Notes: generated by a model from the letters alone, not told the origin. A stretch of DNA of 64,000 nucleotides from an uncultured Ruminococcus sp. (GCA_964621755.1 CAZUPI010000004.1:10821-74820), one strand, 5' to 3'. Shown: positions 54,051 to 63,323, numbered from the stretch's first letter. Made by a program: numbers and translations.

Positions 54051-55826
54051 ATGAAAACACGTAATGAAATTCCCGCCGAGCTTAAGTGGGATTTTTCGCA
54101 TATCTATAGAACGGCCGAGGACTGGGAGAAAGCCTATGCGGCGTGCGAGGAGATGATTCCGGATGTGGCGTCCGTAAAAGGAACTCTCGCAAAATCAGCG
54201 GAGACGCTGTTTGATGCCTATGAAAAGCTGTATGCGTTCTCGGAAAAATTTGAGCATGTCGCTTGCTACGCGTTTCTCGCAAAATCCGCTGACGGCTCGG
54301 ATACCGACGCGCAGGTCATGACCGACCGCGTGCAGATGCTGGGTGTGAAGTTCAGCGCGGCTGTGGCGTTCTTCGAGCCGGAGCTGATGGACATTCCCGA
54401 GGAGACGCTCACGGAATATTTGCAGTATGAGCCCCTCAAAAAGTATGCGCATATTATCGAGGACGCGACCCGTCTGCGCAGCCATACGCTCGACGAAAAG
54501 AGCGAGGAGCTCCTCGCCAAAGTATCGAAAATCACCGGAATCCCGAGTGACACTTATGATATGTTCACCAATGTGGAAATGGAGCTTCCAAGCATCACCG
54601 ACGAAAACGGAGAGGAAGCGCCGCTGACCTCCGGTACCTTCGGCATGTTCCGCGAATCAAAGGACAGACGGGTCCGCGAAGCTGCGTTTGAGGGCATGTT
54701 CGGCACGTATGGGAAGTATATCAACACATTCGCATGCCTCTACGGCGGAAGCGTGAAGAAGGACAACATGGCCGCCGATATCCGCGGGTATTCGTCCGCT
54801 CGCGCTGCCTCTCTCGCCGGGAGCAATGTGCCCGAGAAGGTTTACGACTCCCTCGTGGAAGCTGTGCACGACGCCATTCCGTCCATGAGCAAGTATCTGA
54901 ACCTGCGTAAGAAGGCGCTCGGACTCGAAACGCTCGATGTGTTTGACCTGTATACCCCCATGGTCGCGGATGTCGACTATCCGATGCCTTATGAAAACGC
55001 CTGCGAACTCGTGAAAAAGGCAGTCGCACCGCTGGGCGAAAAGTACGTGGAGGTGATTGACCGCGCGTACCGCGAAAACTGGATTGACGTTTATGAGACG
55101 CCCGGTAAGGATTCCGGCGCGTTCTCAATGGGCGTGTACGGCGTTCACCCGTATGTCATGCTCAACTATACCGATACGCTCGACGACGCGTTTACGCTTG
55201 CCCATGAGCTGGGACATGCCATGCACTCGTATCTCTCCTCCGGCGCGCGCGACTACGCCAACCATGATTACCACCTCGTCGTAGCTGAGGTCGCCTCAAC
55301 CTGCAATGAGGTCCTGCTGACAAAGTATCTCCTGTCCACCGAGACAGACCCCCGCCGCCGCGCTTATATTCTCAATCACTTCCTGGAGGGATTCCGCACC
55401 ACAGTCTTCCGCCAGACGCTGTTTGCCGAGTTCGAACAGCGCACCCATGAGCTGGAGGCCTCCGGTACCCCGCTTACGTCAAGCTGCCTGTCCGAGCTGT
55501 ACGGCGGTCTTGTAAAGCAGTACTATCCCGACGCAGAGTTCCGTGATGTAGTAAAATATGAGTGGGCCTATATCCCGCATTTCTACCGCGCATTCTATGT
55601 ATACCAGTATGCAACCGGATTCTCAGCCGCTGTGGCCATCGCGTCGAATATCCTTGAAACGGGCGACCCGTCAAGATATCTTGAATTTCTCTCGACCGGC
55701 GGCTCCGATTACCCAATCAACGAGCTGAAAATCGCGGGCGTCGACCTTACGTCCCCTGAGGTTGTCAAAAATGCCATGAAAGTCTTCGAGGAAACCATCG
55801 ATGAACTGGCGGAAATATTAAAATAA
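54051..55826 (+). CDS. pepF: oligoendopeptidase F (M3B)
   Basis: GGAGG RBS. 591 aa. Zinc motif HELGHAMH, and the N-terminal LKWDFSHIY is typical of PepF. Confidence 0.9.
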   Translation: MKTRNEIPAELKWDFSHIYRTAEDWEKAYAACEEMIPDVASVKGTLAKSAETLFDAYEKLYAFSEKFEHVACYAFLAKSADGSDTDAQVMTDRVQMLGVKFSAAVAFFEPELMDIPEETLTEYLQYEPLKKYAHIIEDATRLRSHTLDEKSEELLAKVSKITGIPSDTYDMFTNVEMELPSITDENGEEAPLTSGTFGMFRESKDRRVREAAFEGMFGTYGKYINTFACLYGGSVKKDNMAADIRGYSSARAASLAGSNVPEKVYDSLVEAVHDAIPSMSKYLNLRKKALGLETLDVFDLYTPMVADVDYPMPYENACELVKKAVAPLGEKYVEVIDRAYRENWIDVYETPGKDSGAFSMGVYGVHPYVMLNYTDTLDDAFTLAHELGHAMHSYLSSGARDYANHDYHLVVAEVASTCNEVLLTKYLLSTETDPRRRAYILNHFLEGFRTTVFRQTLFAEFEQRTHELEASGTPLTSSCLSELYGGLVKQYYPDAEFRDVVKYEWAYIPHFYRAFYVYQYATGFSAAVAIASNILETGDPSRYLEFLSTGGSDYPINELKIAGVDLTSPEVVKNAMKVFEETIDELAEILK

Positions 55827-55843
55827 CGCGAGTTTCTCCCAGG

Positions 55844-55867
55844 CCCCACTTCAAAAACTTTTGGGCA
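55844..55867. repeat. inverted copy of the 23-nt arm seen at 53956
   Basis: CCCCACTTCAAAAACTTTTGGGCA is the reverse complement of TGCCCAAAAGTTTTTGAAGTGGGG. It matches the left arm at 22 of 23 positions. Confidence 0.7.
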
Positions 55868-55893
55868 AATCAATATAGATGGAGAAAAATACC

Positions 55894-56610
55894 ATGAAAA
55901 TTACATTCATCGGCACAAGCCACGGTGTGCCTGAGCCGGAGCGCAGATGCAGCAGTGCCATGCTCGAGATTGCCGGCCTCTATTATTTCATCGATATGGG
56001 TACGCAGGCGATTGAGGATCTGCGCCACCGCGGTATCGCAATCGATGATGTGCGGGGGATTTTCATCACCCACTGTCACGGCGACCATACAAACGGCCTG
56101 ATTTCGTTTGTCGACCTCATCAACTGGTACTTCAAGACTGCTGACCCGACCGTCCTTCTGCCCGAGCAGGAAGCCATTGACGCCATGTGCGCGTGGATTG
56201 AAGCAAACGGCACAAAGCTGCGGAATATCCGCTTTGGCGTGGTGCAGGAAGGAGTCGCCTATGATGACGGATTCCTCAAAGTGACCGCAATTCGTACCCA
56301 GCATTGCCGCACCTCGTATGCGTATCTCATCGAAGCGGAAGGGAAAAAGGTCCTTTTCACCGGCGATCTGAAACATCCGACGGTGGACTTCCCGAAAGCG
56401 GCGTTTGAAGAGGAGCTTGACCTTCTCGTCTGTGAATCCGCACACTTTACACCGGCTGCCACCGAAGCTGTGCTTGAGAATGTCAAAGTCAAATGCGTGA
56501 TTCACAATCATATCTCGCCGGTGTGGAACGCCGACCTGCATCAAATGGCAAAAAATAAACATCCATACGAATACCGCCAAGCGTTCGATGGGCTGGAAAT
56601 CACTCTCTAA
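55894..56610 (+). CDS. MBL-fold metallo-hydrolase (RNase Z-like small form)
   Basis: GGAGAA lies 8 nt before ATG 55894. Starts MKITFIGTSHG, then the HCHGDH motif and a C-terminal His. The long antisense ORF 55870..57564 is rejected. Confidence 0.75.
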   Translation: MKITFIGTSHGVPEPERRCSSAMLEIAGLYYFIDMGTQAIEDLRHRGIAIDDVRGIFITHCHGDHTNGLISFVDLINWYFKTADPTVLLPEQEAIDAMCAWIEANGTKLRNIRFGVVQEGVAYDDGFLKVTAIRTQHCRTSYAYLIEAEGKKVLFTGDLKHPTVDFPKAAFEEELDLLVCESAHFTPAATEAVLENVKVKCVIHNHISPVWNADLHQMAKNKHPYEYRQAFDGLEITL

Positions 56611-56625
56611 TGGAGAAACAAAAGA

Positions 56626-57732
56626 ATGGAAGAAAACAGCGTTTTGCGTTATGACCCGTCCGTATTTGTCGTAGGGCATGACTATCAGATTATTTTCCTT
56701 ACCACCACAATGGGATTGGGGTGGATTGAAATTGACGGTGAGCGGTTTACCGATGAGGAATGCGGACTTCTCATGTACGATACCGTACATAAAATTCCGG
56801 TTCCAGGTGAGAAGCTGAACAAGGCCGGACACTATACCGTTGTGTTTGTCGAATATGCGGATAAGAAGCCGTACTTCCCGGAAGGAATCGAAAAGGTTCG
56901 CAAGACCTACAATTTCTATCCGCTGCAGGGCGAAAATTTCCGACTGTTCCAGTTTGCCGATACGCACGCGCGCACGGTGACGCCGGTTGAGACATACCGC
57001 GCGGTCGGGGATTGCGATATCATTCTCCTGAACGGCGATATCAACGAGTGGAGCGACAAGGTCGAGCATTTCTATACCTCGTTTGAATTGTCCGCGAACA
57101 CTGCACACGGCGAGCGTCCGGTGATCTATTCGCGCGGCAACCACGATACGAGAGGGCATGCAGCCCAGCTTCTGCCGAACTATATCCCGACCGCATTCCG
57201 TGACGGCAGACGTGAAACGTTCTATTCCTTCCGGCAAGATTCGCTGTGGGGACTCGTCCTCGACTGCGGCGAAGACAAGTACGACCAGAATGTCGAGTAT
57301 GGCGGAACGGTACTGTTTGAAAACTTCCGCAAACGCGAAACGGCATATCTGGAGTCGCTGATTGCCAATAAGGAAAATGAATATGCTGCAGAGGGCGTAA
57401 AATATAAAATCGCGTTCTGCCACGTGCCGATTACGGAGAAATTCGAGTACCCGTTCGACGTTGCGTCCGATATCTACGAATATTGGATAAAGCTGCTTGA
57501 CGAGATGGGAATCGACCTCCTCTTGTGCGGACACATGCACCGTGCGTACCTGATCCCTCCGCATACCGAAGGAAAAGGCAACGCGGACTTCATGACTGCG
57601 GTACTGTCGATTCCCGCAAAGAAGCGTGAGGACGGCAGCGAGTACTACGTCGGCGGTATCCTCTCAGCAAAAGAGGGAACTCTTGTCGTGAACACCGCGC
57701 CATATGGTGAAAATCTTACTCTTGAAGTATAA
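56626..57732 (+). CDS. metallophosphoesterase
   Basis: GGAGAA RBS. Calcineurin-like blocks FADTHA, LNGDI, RGNHD and CGHMH. Confidence 0.75.
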   Translation: MEENSVLRYDPSVFVVGHDYQIIFLTTTMGLGWIEIDGERFTDEECGLLMYDTVHKIPVPGEKLNKAGHYTVVFVEYADKKPYFPEGIEKVRKTYNFYPLQGENFRLFQFADTHARTVTPVETYRAVGDCDIILLNGDINEWSDKVEHFYTSFELSANTAHGERPVIYSRGNHDTRGHAAQLLPNYIPTAFRDGRRETFYSFRQDSLWGLVLDCGEDKYDQNVEYGGTVLFENFRKRETAYLESLIANKENEYAAEGVKYKIAFCHVPITEKFEYPFDVASDIYEYWIKLLDEMGIDLLLCGHMHRAYLIPPHTEGKGNADFMTAVLSIPAKKREDGSEYYVGGILSAKEGTLVVNTAPYGENLTLEV

Positions 57733-57743
57733 CAAAGTTGGAC

Positions 57744-57775
57744 GGGGAGGGGCTTTTTGAAAAAAGCGCCTCCCC
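57744..57775. repeat. palindromic hairpin (family member R14)
   Basis: GGGGAGGGGCTTTTTGAAAAAAGCGCCTCCCC, an imperfect stem, 12 nt after the stop at 57732. Confidence 0.7.
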
Positions 57776-57868
57776 TTAAAATGCGTGGGAAAAGTTGCTT
57801 CATCTCTCCCCCGCCATCCAGCCTATTTTTATACAACCCTACAAACTTTCTTTAATTTATCGATTTAC

Positions 57869-57897
57869 TTGACTAAAGCGCTAAAGCGTGATATAAT
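57869..57897 (+). promoter_or_regulatory. sigma-A type promoter of the his operon (TTGACT-17-TGA-TATAAT)
   Basis: TTGACT at 57869-57874, a 17-nt spacer ending in TGA, and TATAAT at 57892-57897. Confidence 0.6.
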
Positions 57898-57925
57898 AAA
57901 TAAAATAGTTTTTTGGAAAGGGTTC

Positions 57926-57950
57926 GGGGACCCCTTTTTCCTGAAAAAGG
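57926..57950. repeat. two small overlapping palindromes in the his leader (R15)
   Basis: GGGG-A-CCCC at 57926-57934 overlaps CCTTTTTC-CT-GAAAAAGG at 57933-57950. Confidence 0.5.
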
Positions 57951-57975
57951 CTTTCCCGAGAGATATTCTTATAAA

Positions 57976-59079
57976 ATGACCAACAACATCCTCAGCAAAG
58001 AAGAAAAAGCGATATTTGACCTGCGCGAGCTCTATGAGACGTACGGGTACAAAAAATACAAAATGTCCAAGTTCGAGGAGTATGACCTCTACGCGGAAAA
58101 CCGCAGCTTCCTCGCCGAAGGGAACATCATCACCTTCAACGACACCCACGGCAAGCTCCTCGCCCTCAAACCCGACGTCACTTTGTCGATTGTGAAAAAT
58201 GCCGCGCCGGGCGAGCGTATCAAGGAATACTATAACGAAAACGTATACCGCGCCATCGACGGGGAGTACCGCGAAATCATGCAGGTCGGGCTCGAGTGCA
58301 TAGGGGAATCGGACCTGTACTCCACCTGCGAGGTGATTATGCTCGCGAAAAAAAGCCTCAAGCACATCTCGCCGCACTATATTCTCGACCTCTCAAATGC
58401 CGCATTTGTCGGCGGACTTTTTGAGAACCGCGATATCCCATATGACGTGCGGGAAAAGCTGCTTACCTGCGTATCCGGCAAAAATCCGCATGACCTCATG
58501 CGAATCTGCCGCGACAACGGCGTGGATGACGACACTTGTGCAAAGCTCACCAAGATTTCCGAGACGTACGGCAAAGTAGAATACGTCATCGCAGAGCTGC
58601 GCCCGCTTGCCGAAAATCAAACGATGACCGCCGCCCTCGACGATTTGGAAGCTATCTATAATTTTATGAACGCGGTGGGCGAAAGCGACGGCCTGCGTCT
58701 GGACTTCTCCCTCATCAATGACATGAGCTACTACGATGGTATCATCTTCCGCGGCTACATCGACGGCGTACCACGCGGGATTCTGTCAGGCGGCAGATAC
58801 GATAAGCTGCTCTCGAAAATGGGAAAGCATACCGGTGCGGTCGGCTTTGCGATTTACATGAATACGCTCGATTTGTATTTTGAGGATAAGGCCGAATACG
58901 ACGTGGATATCCTCATCACCTACGACGACGGCGCAGACCTTGCCGCTCTGACGCGGACCGTGAAAATGCTGACCGGCGGCGGACGGAGCGTCAGAGTGCA
59001 GAAAAACGGAGACGGCGCCGTAAAATGCCGCGAACATTTCAGATACGGAGACGGGGGACTTGAAATTGCAGAGACTTAA
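57976..59079 (+). CDS. hisZ: ATP phosphoribosyltransferase regulatory subunit
   Basis: HisRS-like paralogue lacking an anticodon-binding domain (LRELYETYGYKKYKMSKFEEYDLY..., ALKPDVTLSI). It lies directly upstream of a short-form hisG. Start moved to ATG 57976. Confidence 0.85.
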   Translation: MTNNILSKEEKAIFDLRELYETYGYKKYKMSKFEEYDLYAENRSFLAEGNIITFNDTHGKLLALKPDVTLSIVKNAAPGERIKEYYNENVYRAIDGEYREIMQVGLECIGESDLYSTCEVIMLAKKSLKHISPHYILDLSNAAFVGGLFENRDIPYDVREKLLTCVSGKNPHDLMRICRDNGVDDDTCAKLTKISETYGKVEYVIAELRPLAENQTMTAALDDLEAIYNFMNAVGESDGLRLDFSLINDMSYYDGIIFRGYIDGVPRGILSGGRYDKLLSKMGKHTGAVGFAIYMNTLDLYFEDKAEYDVDILITYDDGADLAALTRTVKMLTGGGRSVRVQKNGDGAVKCREHFRYGDGGLEIAET

Positions 59080-59701
59080 CATTGCTTTGCCGAAGGGAAG
59101 ACTCGGCGAAAAGGCATATCATATGCTGGAGGGGCTCGGCTACGGCTGCCCCAGTATGACCGACGGCACGAGAAAATTGATTTTTGAGGACGATGCGGGC
59201 ATCACCCGTTATTTCTGGGTCAAACCGTCCGATGTGGATATCTACGTGGAACGGGGCGCTGCCGATATCGGCGTCGTCGGACGCGATATCCTGCTCGAGC
59301 ATACGCCGGATGTGTATGAGCTCCTCGACGTGGGGTTCGGAAAATGCAGAATGTGCGTGGCCGGCGTCGTCGGATGTGACGCAAATCCCAACCGTACTCT
59401 CCGCGTCGCAACGAAATTCCCGAACATCGCAAGGGCGTATTACGCTGCGAAAAGCCGGGAAATCGAAATCATCAAGCTGAGCGGTTCGATTGAGCTTGCG
59501 CCGATTCTCGGACTGTCGGACGTCATCGTCGACATCGTAGAAACCGGCTCGACCCTCAGGGAAAACAATCTTGAGGTGAAGGATACCATATGCGATATCA
59601 GCGCGAGACTGATTGTGAATAAGGCGGCGTACCGCTTCAAAAACGAAGAGGTGCGCGGACTTATCGAAAAAATAAACGCTTTATCGAGGACAGAAAAATG
59701 A
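59060..59701 (+). CDS. hisG: ATP phosphoribosyltransferase, short form
   Basis: Blocks LNIALPKGRL, DIGVVGRDIL and TGSTLREN. The TTG start overlaps the end of hisZ by 20 nt (alternative TTG at 59066). Confidence 0.9.
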   Translation: MKLQRLNIALPKGRLGEKAYHMLEGLGYGCPSMTDGTRKLIFEDDAGITRYFWVKPSDVDIYVERGAADIGVVGRDILLEHTPDVYELLDVGFGKCRMCVAGVVGCDANPNRTLRVATKFPNIARAYYAAKSREIEIIKLSGSIELAPILGLSDVIVDIVETGSTLRENNLEVKDTICDISARLIVNKAAYRFKNEEVRGLIEKINALSRTEK

Positions 59702-60972
59702 TTAAAACTTACAATATAAAAGATATCCCGGTTCAGGAAATCCTGCGCCGTGAAGAAAATACAGTCGACGTGTCAGGCATCGTTGCGGAGGTCATCGAAA
59801 ACGTCCGTAAAAACGGAGACGCAGCATTGGCGGAGTACACCGAAAAATTTGATAAGGTCAAGCTGGACTCCCTCATCGTAAGCAGCGCGGAAATCGAAGA
59901 AGCTGTAGCCTCCCTCGACGAGGCGTTTCTGAATATCCTCCGGGATGCAGCGGCAAATATTGAGAAATTTCACAAATGTCAGCTCAGACAGGGCTTTGCC
60001 CTCACCGACAAGCCGGGCGTTATTCTCGGACAGCGCATCACCCCGATTGAAAAGGTCGGCGTGTACGTTCCGGGCGGAAGCGCACCCCTGCCGTCATCGG
60101 TGCTCATGAATGTGATTCCGGCCAAAATCGCAGGCGTTCCGTTTATCGCGATGGCTACCCCGCCGGGACGGGACGGAAAAATCAATCCGGCAATCCTCGC
60201 GGCGGCAAAGGTCGCGGGCGTGGACGTTATCTACAAAATGGGCGGCTCCCAGGCGATTGCGGCGTTTGCCTACGGCACGGAGACCGTAACCGCTGTCCAC
60301 AAAATCGTCGGACCGGGCAATGCGTTTGTGGCAGAGGCAAAGCGTCAAGTGTTCGGAAAAGTCGGAATCGATATGATTGCCGGTCCGAGCGAAATCATCG
60401 TCCTCGCCGACGGCTCCTGCGACCCGGTAATCGTGGCTGCCGATATGCTGTCACAGGCGGAGCATGACCGTCTTGCCTCCGCGATTCTCGTCACAGATTC
60501 AGCAGAACTCGCCGCCGCCGTCTCGGATGAGTTGGAAGTACAGCTCAAAAAGCTGGAGCGTGAGGAAATCGCCCGCGCTTCCATTGACACGTATGGGAAA
60601 ATCATCCTGACCGATACGTTCATGTCGGCTGTCGACATGGTGAACGAGATCGCACCTGAGCACCTAGAGCTGATGTGCGATGACCCGTTTGCGGTACTGC
60701 CCGAAATCAAGAACGCAGGCTCCATTTTCCTCGGGAAGAACTGCCCCGAGCCCCTGGGCGATTATTTTGCAGGCACAAACCACGTCCTGCCCACCTCAGG
60801 GACCGCGAAGTTCTCAAGCCCCCTGTCAGTCGACGATTTTATCAAGAAATCCTCCTACATTTATTATACAAAATCCGCGCTGGAAGCCGAAGCATGGCGG
60901 GTGAACGAATTTGCAAAGCGTGAAGGACTCACCGCTCACGCGAGAAGCGCAGTCGTGAGATTCGACAAATAA
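59698..60972 (+). CDS. hisD: histidinol dehydrogenase
   Basis: 424 aa. Blocks GPGNAFVAEAKR, IAGPSE and AEHD. The ATG overlaps the hisG stop (ATGA). Confidence 0.95.
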   Translation: MIKTYNIKDIPVQEILRREENTVDVSGIVAEVIENVRKNGDAALAEYTEKFDKVKLDSLIVSSAEIEEAVASLDEAFLNILRDAAANIEKFHKCQLRQGFALTDKPGVILGQRITPIEKVGVYVPGGSAPLPSSVLMNVIPAKIAGVPFIAMATPPGRDGKINPAILAAAKVAGVDVIYKMGGSQAIAAFAYGTETVTAVHKIVGPGNAFVAEAKRQVFGKVGIDMIAGPSEIIVLADGSCDPVIVAADMLSQAEHDRLASAILVTDSAELAAAVSDELEVQLKKLEREEIARASIDTYGKIILTDTFMSAVDMVNEIAPEHLELMCDDPFAVLPEIKNAGSIFLGKNCPEPLGDYFAGTNHVLPTSGTAKFSSPLSVDDFIKKSSYIYYTKSALEAEAWRVNEFAKREGLTAHARSAVVRFDK

Positions 60973-60984
60973 CCGGAGCCGAAC

Positions 60985-62046
60985 ATGAGCAGATTTTTAG
61001 ATTCAAAATTCGTGCCGCTGGAGGCGTATGTCCCGGGGGAACAGCCGCGCGATAAAAAATATATCAAGCTGAACACCAACGAATCTCCGTTCCCGCCGTG
61101 CCCCGCCGTCATAGGTGCGATAAACGGCGACGCGGCAGCGGATTTACGTCTATACTCCGATCCAACGTCAAACGAAGTGAAGCGCGCCATTGCGGCGTTC
61201 TACAAAACGACCCCAGACCGCGTGTTCGTGTCGAACGGCTCTGACGAGTCGCTGAATTTCCTGTTTATGGCGTTTTCCGAGCATGGCGCGGCGTTTGCAG
61301 ATATTACATACGGATTTTATCAGGTGTTCGCCGACCTGTACGGCAAAAAAACAACTATCGTCCCGCTCGAGCCGGACTTCGCACTCGATCCGGAAAAACT
61401 GCGCGCGACAACAGAAACCCTCTTTATCGCCAATCCCAACGCGCCAACCGGCATTTACCTGTTGCCGGACGTCATAGAAAGCATCGTTTGCGCCAATCCC
61501 GACCGCCTCGTCGTGGTAGATGAAGCCTATATCGACTTCGGCGGGAAATCGGTCGTGCCGCTGACAGAGAAATATCAAAATCTCGCAGTCGTCCAGACCT
61601 ATTCAAAATCCAGACAGCTCGCGGGCGCGAGACTCGGCTTCACCATCGCATGTCCCGAAATCATCGCGGGACTTGAGAAAATCAAATATTCCACAAATCC
61701 ATATAACGTCAACCGCCTCACGCAGCTCTGCGGCGTACTCGCCATGGAGGACCGAAACTACTTCGATAAAACAAGGGACATGATTATCGAAAACCGCGAG
61801 TATACCAAATCCGAGCTGAAAAAACGCGGCTTCAAGATGACCGATTCTATGACAAACTTCCTTTTCGCCGCGCCTGACGGAATGTCCGGCGGGGACTATT
61901 ATGAAGCGCTCCGCACCCACGGCATTCTCGTGCGCCACTTTAATGGCGTGCGGACGGCGGATTACGTCCGTATCACCATAGGCTCGCGCGCGGAAATGGA
62001 TGCCCTTCTCACCGCGACCGACGAAATCTTAACAAACGCGAGGTAA
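60985..62046 (+). CDS. hisC: histidinol-phosphate aminotransferase
   Basis: 353 aa. NTNESPFPP block and the PLP-lysine block YSKSRQLAGARLG. Confidence 0.9.
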   Translation: MSRFLDSKFVPLEAYVPGEQPRDKKYIKLNTNESPFPPCPAVIGAINGDAAADLRLYSDPTSNEVKRAIAAFYKTTPDRVFVSNGSDESLNFLFMAFSEHGAAFADITYGFYQVFADLYGKKTTIVPLEPDFALDPEKLRATTETLFIANPNAPTGIYLLPDVIESIVCANPDRLVVVDEAYIDFGGKSVVPLTEKYQNLAVVQTYSKSRQLAGARLGFTIACPEIIAGLEKIKYSTNPYNVNRLTQLCGVLAMEDRNYFDKTRDMIIENREYTKSELKKRGFKMTDSMTNFLFAAPDGMSGGDYYEALRTHGILVRHFNGVRTADYVRITIGSRAEMDALLTATDEILTNAR

Positions 62047-62049
62047 ACC

Positions 62050-62640
62050 ATGGCACGCATTGCTGAAATCACCAGAAATACTGCGGAAACCCAGATATCC
62101 CTGACGTTGAACCTCGACGGCGTAGGGAAATCGGACATCAAAACCGGGTGCGGCTTTCTCGACCATATGCTGACCCTGTTCGCGAAGCACGGCAGATTCG
62201 ACCTCACCGTATCCTGCGCCGGCGATACCTACGTTGACTATCACCACACTGTGGAAGATATTGGAATTGCGCTCGGGGAGGCTTTCGGGAAAGCGGTCGG
62301 AGACAAACGCGGCATCACGCGTTACGCCGACATCATTTTGCCGATGGACGAGTCACTGATTTTGTCGGCAGTCGACGTGTCAGGCCGCGCACACCTCACC
62401 TACGATGTCGTGGTACCGACAGAAAAGGTAGGCGACTTTGATACCGAGCTTGCAAAGGAATTCTGGCTGGGCTTCATCCGCTCCTCCAACATCACGCTTC
62501 ACATCCGCAAACTGTCCGGCGAAAATTCGCACCACATTCTCGAAGGCACCTTTAAAGCTGTTTCCCGCGTCCTCTCCAAAGCTGTCGCCATCGAGGAAAA
62601 GTACGCCGACGAAATTCCCTCGACAAAGGGAATCCTGTAG
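62050..62640 (+). CDS. hisB: imidazoleglycerol-phosphate dehydratase
   Basis: 196 aa. Blocks RNTAETQI, GFLDHML, D.HHTVEDIGIALG and NSHHILE. Confidence 0.95.
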   Translation: MARIAEITRNTAETQISLTLNLDGVGKSDIKTGCGFLDHMLTLFAKHGRFDLTVSCAGDTYVDYHHTVEDIGIALGEAFGKAVGDKRGITRYADIILPMDESLILSAVDVSGRAHLTYDVVVPTEKVGDFDTELAKEFWLGFIRSSNITLHIRKLSGENSHHILEGTFKAVSRVLSKAVAIEEKYADEIPSTKGIL

Positions 62641-62685
62641 GGGAGGACAATAAAATAGTCAAGATAACATAGAAAGGGACTATTC

Positions 62686-63303
62686 ATGATTGCTATTGTT
62701 GATTACGGAGTGGGGAATATTTTCTCGCTCTGCTGCTCGTTTGGATATATTGGGGCGGACGCGGAACTGACGGCGGACGCGGAGACGATACGACGGGCGG
62801 ATCGGGTGGTTTTGCCCGGCGTCGGCGCATTCGGAGACGCTGCGCTGAAGCTGCGCGAGTCCGGACTTTGGGATACGGTGGTCGAGGAGAGCGCACGCAA
62901 ACCTTTGCTCGGGATTTGCCTGGGGATGCAGCTTCTGCTTGAGCGCAGTTATGAGTATGGCGAGCACCGCGGACTTGGTCTGGTGAAGGGCGCTGTCGTG
63001 CCGATAGCCGACGTCATTCCGGAAACCTATAAAGTCCCGCATATCGGCTGGAACGCCCTGCATTTCCCGAAGGATAAAGCGAAATCCCCGATTTTCGCCA
63101 ATACAAATGAGGGCGACCACGTATATTTTGTCCATTCGTATTACGCCTCGGACTGCGCGGACAGCGTTATCGCTTCAGCGGAATACGGCGCGGAGCTGAC
63201 CGCAGCGGTCAGTGATAACCGGTACGTCTACGGCGTGCAGTTCCATCCGGAAAAGAGCGGCGAGGTCGGACTTGATATCCTGCGCGCGTTCGCTAAACTT
63301 TGA
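62686..63303 (+). CDS. hisH: imidazole glycerol phosphate synthase, glutaminase subunit
   Basis: Starts MIAIVDYGVGN, then LPGVGAFG, GICLGMQLL (catalytic Cys) and FHPEKS. Confidence 0.95.
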   Translation: MIAIVDYGVGNIFSLCCSFGYIGADAELTADAETIRRADRVVLPGVGAFGDAALKLRESGLWDTVVEESARKPLLGICLGMQLLLERSYEYGEHRGLGLVKGAVVPIADVIPETYKVPHIGWNALHFPKDKAKSPIFANTNEGDHVYFVHSYYASDCADSVIASAEYGAELTAAVSDNRYVYGVQFHPEKSGEVGLDILRAFAKL

Positions 63304-63323
63304 TTTTGGGGGTCAAAACAAAA

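Noticed and set aside
55870-57564. 564-aa ORF on the minus strand
   Set aside because: It runs antisense across two well-supported plus-strand genes (MBL hydrolase with HCHGDH, metallophosphoesterase with GNHD/GHMH). It has no recognisable motifs, an Arg/His/Val-rich composition typical of the antisense frame of GC-rich genes, and no RBS.
11390-57950. Whether the recurring palindromes could be a CRISPR array or MITE-type mobile elements
   Set aside because: The copies are single and dispersed, not regularly spaced with unique spacers. I saw no flanking target-site duplications or terminal inverted repeats beyond the hairpin itself, and no cas or transposase gene in the window.
57913-57975. 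N-terminal 21-codon extension of hisZ in the ORF track (MERVRGPLFPEKGFPERYSYK)
   Set aside because: The extension is a translation of the repeat and hairpin DNA in the his leader (57926-57950) and begins inside the leader just after the promoter. The conserved HisZ N-terminus starts at ATG 57976.
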